DNA of 64,000 nucleotides from an uncultured Chloroflexia bacterium (GTDB lineage Bacteria; Chloroflexota; Limnocylindria; Limnocylindrales; CSP1-4), in the NCBI GenBank assembly GCA_963809045.1, contig CAWEHW010000004.1, forward strand, positions 331,816 through 395,815. The letters are read 5' to 3'. The position numbers and the translations under genes were made by a program. How positions within the stretch are numbered: the stretch's first letter is position 1; the number at the start of each line of letters is the position of its first letter. A model generated the notes under the pieces. The model ran no database searches and was not told the DNA's origin. It worked only from the letters and a program-made list of their open reading frames with translations. Positions 61,502 to 64,000 of the stretch are shown in pieces.

Positions 61502-62167
61502 ATGTCGACAACCGAGGACCTCGTCGCCGCCGTGAACGCCGGCGATGCGGAGCAGGTCGCGGCCCTCGTCACCGGGGACCCGGGGCTCGCCTCGACGAAG
61601 GACGGTGACGGCGTTTCGGTGCTCATGCTCGCCCGGTATCGGTCGAACCGGGCCGTCACCGATGCGCTGCTCGCCGCAGACCCCGAGCTCGACGTGTTCG
61701 AGGCCGCGGCGCTCGGCTACCTCGATCGGCTTCGCGAACGGCTCGACGACGACCCATCCAGCATCGGGGCGCTCTCGGCTGATGGGTACACGGCGCTGCA
61801 TTTCGCGGCCTTCTTCGCCAAGCCCGAAGCGGCGCGGATCCTTCTCGAGGCGGGAGCGCCTGTCGACGTGGCGGCAGCGAACGAGACGCGAGTCCAGCCA
61901 TTGCATAGCGCGGCGGCCGGGCGAGAGTCCGATATCTGTCGCCTGCTGCTGGCCGCCGGTGCCGACGTCGATGCCCGCCAGGCGGGCGGGTTCACGCCGC
62001 TCCACGCAGCCGCCCAGAACGGCGATCCCGTGATGGTCGAGCTCTTGCTGTCGGCTGGCGCCGATCCAGGGCTCACCACCGACACCGGCAAGACTGCCGC
62101 CGATCTGGCCGACGAGGCGGCCCACCCGGACGTGGCGACCCGGCTCCGCGGGGTAGCCGCGGGGTAG
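61502..62167 (+). CDS. Ankyrin repeat protein
   Basis: DGYTALHFAA, PLHSAAA and GFTPLHAAAQNG; RBS AGGAG. Confidence 0.92.
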   Translation: MSTTEDLVAAVNAGDAEQVAALVTGDPGLASTKDGDGVSVLMLARYRSNRAVTDALLAADPELDVFEAAALGYLDRLRERLDDDPSSIGALSADGYTALHFAAFFAKPEAARILLEAGAPVDVAAANETRVQPLHSAAAGRESDICRLLLAAGADVDARQAGGFTPLHAAAQNGDPVMVELLLSAGADPGLTTDTGKTAADLADEAAHPDVATRLRGVAAG

Positions 62168-62321
62168 CCGCTTGCGAGTGGCCGTCGACGGTTTGCGAGC
62201 CGTGAGGCCGGCTTGGCGAGGCGCGCGAGGCCTGAGGCACGGTTTGCAAGAGGCCCCTCGGCGGTTTGCGCCGCGCGAGGCCGCTTTGCGAACCGCGCGA
62301 GCGTCGGGAGCGGCCGGTTTG

Positions 62322-62477
62322 TGCCAAATGCACCTCAGGTGAGCATTGGTCAGGCCAGGGAGCTCGCTGGGTCCCGATCCCACGCTCAGCGGCGGCCCAC
62401 GTGCGTGCCAGATCCCACACGAGCCGCACATTTGACCGGGTTTCGTTGACGAGTGCTCGCCTGGGGAGCATCTGACA
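62322..62477. repeat. Long imperfect palindromic element (REP/MITE-like)
   Basis: TGCCAAATGCACCTCAGGTGAGCA versus TGCTCGCCTGGGGAGCATCTGACA (19/24 complementary), with nested inner arms. Confidence 0.6.
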
Positions 62478-62554
62478 GGGATCGCTCGGCCGCACCCCGT
62501 GACGCGGGCCGGAGCAGGCCGCTGGGGTTCGGCCGGCTGGGTTCGGCCGGCTCG

Positions 62555-63967
62555 TCAGCCTCGCTCGAGGTAGCGCTCGCGGTCCCAGGGGTGGACCATC
62601 GAGTCGTACGTCTCCTGCTCCACCCGGGCCGCGTTGAGATAGTGGTCGACGACCTCCTGCCCGAGGATCTCGACGGCCGCCTCCGAGCGTTCCAGCTCCC
62701 AGATGGCCTCGTACAGTGCCCTGGGCATTCGCTGGACACCCGTCGCGAGGTACCCGTTCCCCTTGAACTCGTCGTCGAGCGGTAGCTCGTGCTCGATCCC
62801 GTACAGCCCGGCGCCCATCATCGCGGCATAGGTCAGGTAGGCGTTCATGTCGCCGCCGGGGAACCGGTCCTCCACGTGCAAGGCCGGCCCGCGACCGACG
62901 AGCCGGAACCCGGTCGTGCGGTTGTCGCGACCCCATACGACGTTGACCGGCGCCCAGGACAACGAGGCGTATCGCTTGTACGAGTTGATGAACGGCGCGA
63001 TGAACACGGCCAGCTCCCGGGACAGCTTCATCATCCCGGCGACGAAATGCTGGCCGACCTCCGACAGCCCATACGGGCCGGCGTTGGCGCCATCGGCGGC
63101 GTGCATCAGTGGCACGTCCCTTTTCGCGTCCCAGAGGCTCATGTGCAGGTGCCCGGAGGATCCGGTCCAGCGATGGTCCGGCTTGGCCATGAACGTGATG
63201 CCCCAGCCGTTGAGGTACGCGATCTCCTTGGCCCCGTGCTTGAAGACCACGCTCCGATCCGCCGAGGTGAGGACGTGGTCGTACCGGATGTTGACCTCGT
63301 GCTGGCCGTTTGCTGCCTCGCCCTTGCTGAACTCGATCGGCACGTCCGCGGCGGTCATCTGGTTGCGCAGGAGCCGGTGAAGCGGCTCGGCCTTGGTGGC
63401 CTGGAGCAGGTGGTAGTCCTCGTTGTAGTGACCGAAGGCGCGCGGGACGGGCCAGCCACGCTCGGCGAGCTCCTCCCATGAGTCCTTGAGCACGTAGAAC
63501 TCGAATTCCGAGCCGGCCTTGAGCGTGTAGCCGAGCTTGGCGGCGCGGGCCACCTGGTGCTTGAGGATGGTTCGTGGGGCGATCGGGATCTCCTGGCCCG
63601 TCTCTTCGTCGACCGCGTCGGCCAGGACCATGGCGGTCCCGGGCAGCCAGGGCAGGACCCGCAGCTGGTCCCAGATCGGCTCGGCGACCCAGTCGCCATA
63701 GCCGGTCTCCCAGTTCATCAGCTTGTAGCCATCGGGCGTGGTCATCTCCATGTCCGTGCCCAGGAGGTACGTGCAGAAGTGGGCCCCGTGCGCGATCACG
63801 CCGTCGAGGAACGCCTGGCCCTGGACCCGTTTGCCCATCAGCCGGCCCTGCATGTCCGTGATGGCGACCACGATCGTGTCGATCTGGCCATCACGGACCA
63901 TCTCTTCAAGCTCGATCAACCGGTGGTGCTTCGCCGGGTGCGCCTGGTCGTGCTCGTGATCCCTCAT
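62555..63967 (-). CDS. Glutamine synthetase-like gamma-glutamyl-amine ligase (GlnA4-like)
   Basis: DMQGRLMGKR, CTYLL..D..M, GSEFEF, SKGE...GQHE, TFMAKP, GSSGHLH.SL, NSYKR and DNRT. Confidence 0.9.
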   Translation of the reverse strand: MRDHEHDQAHPAKHHRLIELEEMVRDGQIDTIVVAITDMQGRLMGKRVQGQAFLDGVIAHGAHFCTYLLGTDMEMTTPDGYKLMNWETGYGDWVAEPIWDQLRVLPWLPGTAMVLADAVDEETGQEIPIAPRTILKHQVARAAKLGYTLKAGSEFEFYVLKDSWEELAERGWPVPRAFGHYNEDYHLLQATKAEPLHRLLRNQMTAADVPIEFSKGEAANGQHEVNIRYDHVLTSADRSVVFKHGAKEIAYLNGWGITFMAKPDHRWTGSSGHLHMSLWDAKRDVPLMHAADGANAGPYGLSEVGQHFVAGMMKLSRELAVFIAPFINSYKRYASLSWAPVNVVWGRDNRTTGFRLVGRGPALHVEDRFPGGDMNAYLTYAAMMGAGLYGIEHELPLDDEFKGNGYLATGVQRMPRALYEAIWELERSEAAVEILGQEVVDHYLNAARVEQETYDSMVHPWDRERYLERG

Positions 63968-64000
63968 CGGTGTCTCCGGGTCGGTGTCTGTCGCGGGATG

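Noticed and set aside
61502-62167. Host-interaction ankyrin effector
   Set aside because: Short stand-alone bacterial ankyrin protein with no signal peptide or nearby secretion genes

Overview
High-GC bacterial DNA with dense coding and no rRNA, tRNA, CRISPR array, integrase or transposase that I can recognise. The gene set suggests a soil or freshwater Chloroflexota (Limnocylindria-like) or an actinobacterium; this is inference only. About 13 genes carry single-base frameshifts, most likely long-read assembly errors. Five blocks: (1) 1-19.2 kb, an IclR-controlled catabolic island with sugar-type ABC and TRAP transporters, a bicupin, an SDR, a degenerate AroK-AroB fusion, an acylating aldehyde dehydrogenase, a ThDP enzyme with an IolD/CDH-like GH motif, a citryl-CoA-lyase-like protein, a CoA transferase, a PTE-like lactonase, a Zn-ADH and AroQ, possibly for hydroaromatic or cyclitol breakdown. 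(2) 19.8-31.5 kb, a corrinoid-dependent MttB/MtgB demethylation operon with RACE activator and MetF, beside a Fur-family-controlled CbiMNQO-type Co/Ni transporter. (3) 31.6-44.3 kb, an Rrf2 sulfur regulon in two halves (rrf2-sufC-sufS and sufU-moeZ-cysO-cysM-mec), each with the same palindromic operator, and with no sufB or sufD. (4) Between those halves, on the opposite strand, a tightly coupled five-gene operon of unknown membrane proteins: a receptor-like coiled-coil protein, a WW-like/SH3-like protein, a membrane protein, a TPR-like lipoprotein and a polyproline-tailed DUF6777 protein. This is the best candidate for an undescribed system. (5) 44-64 kb, an ECF transporter with nucleoside hydrolase, purE, an HtrA-like protease, a Kef-type antiporter, ppgK and a GlnA4-like gamma-glutamylation cluster.
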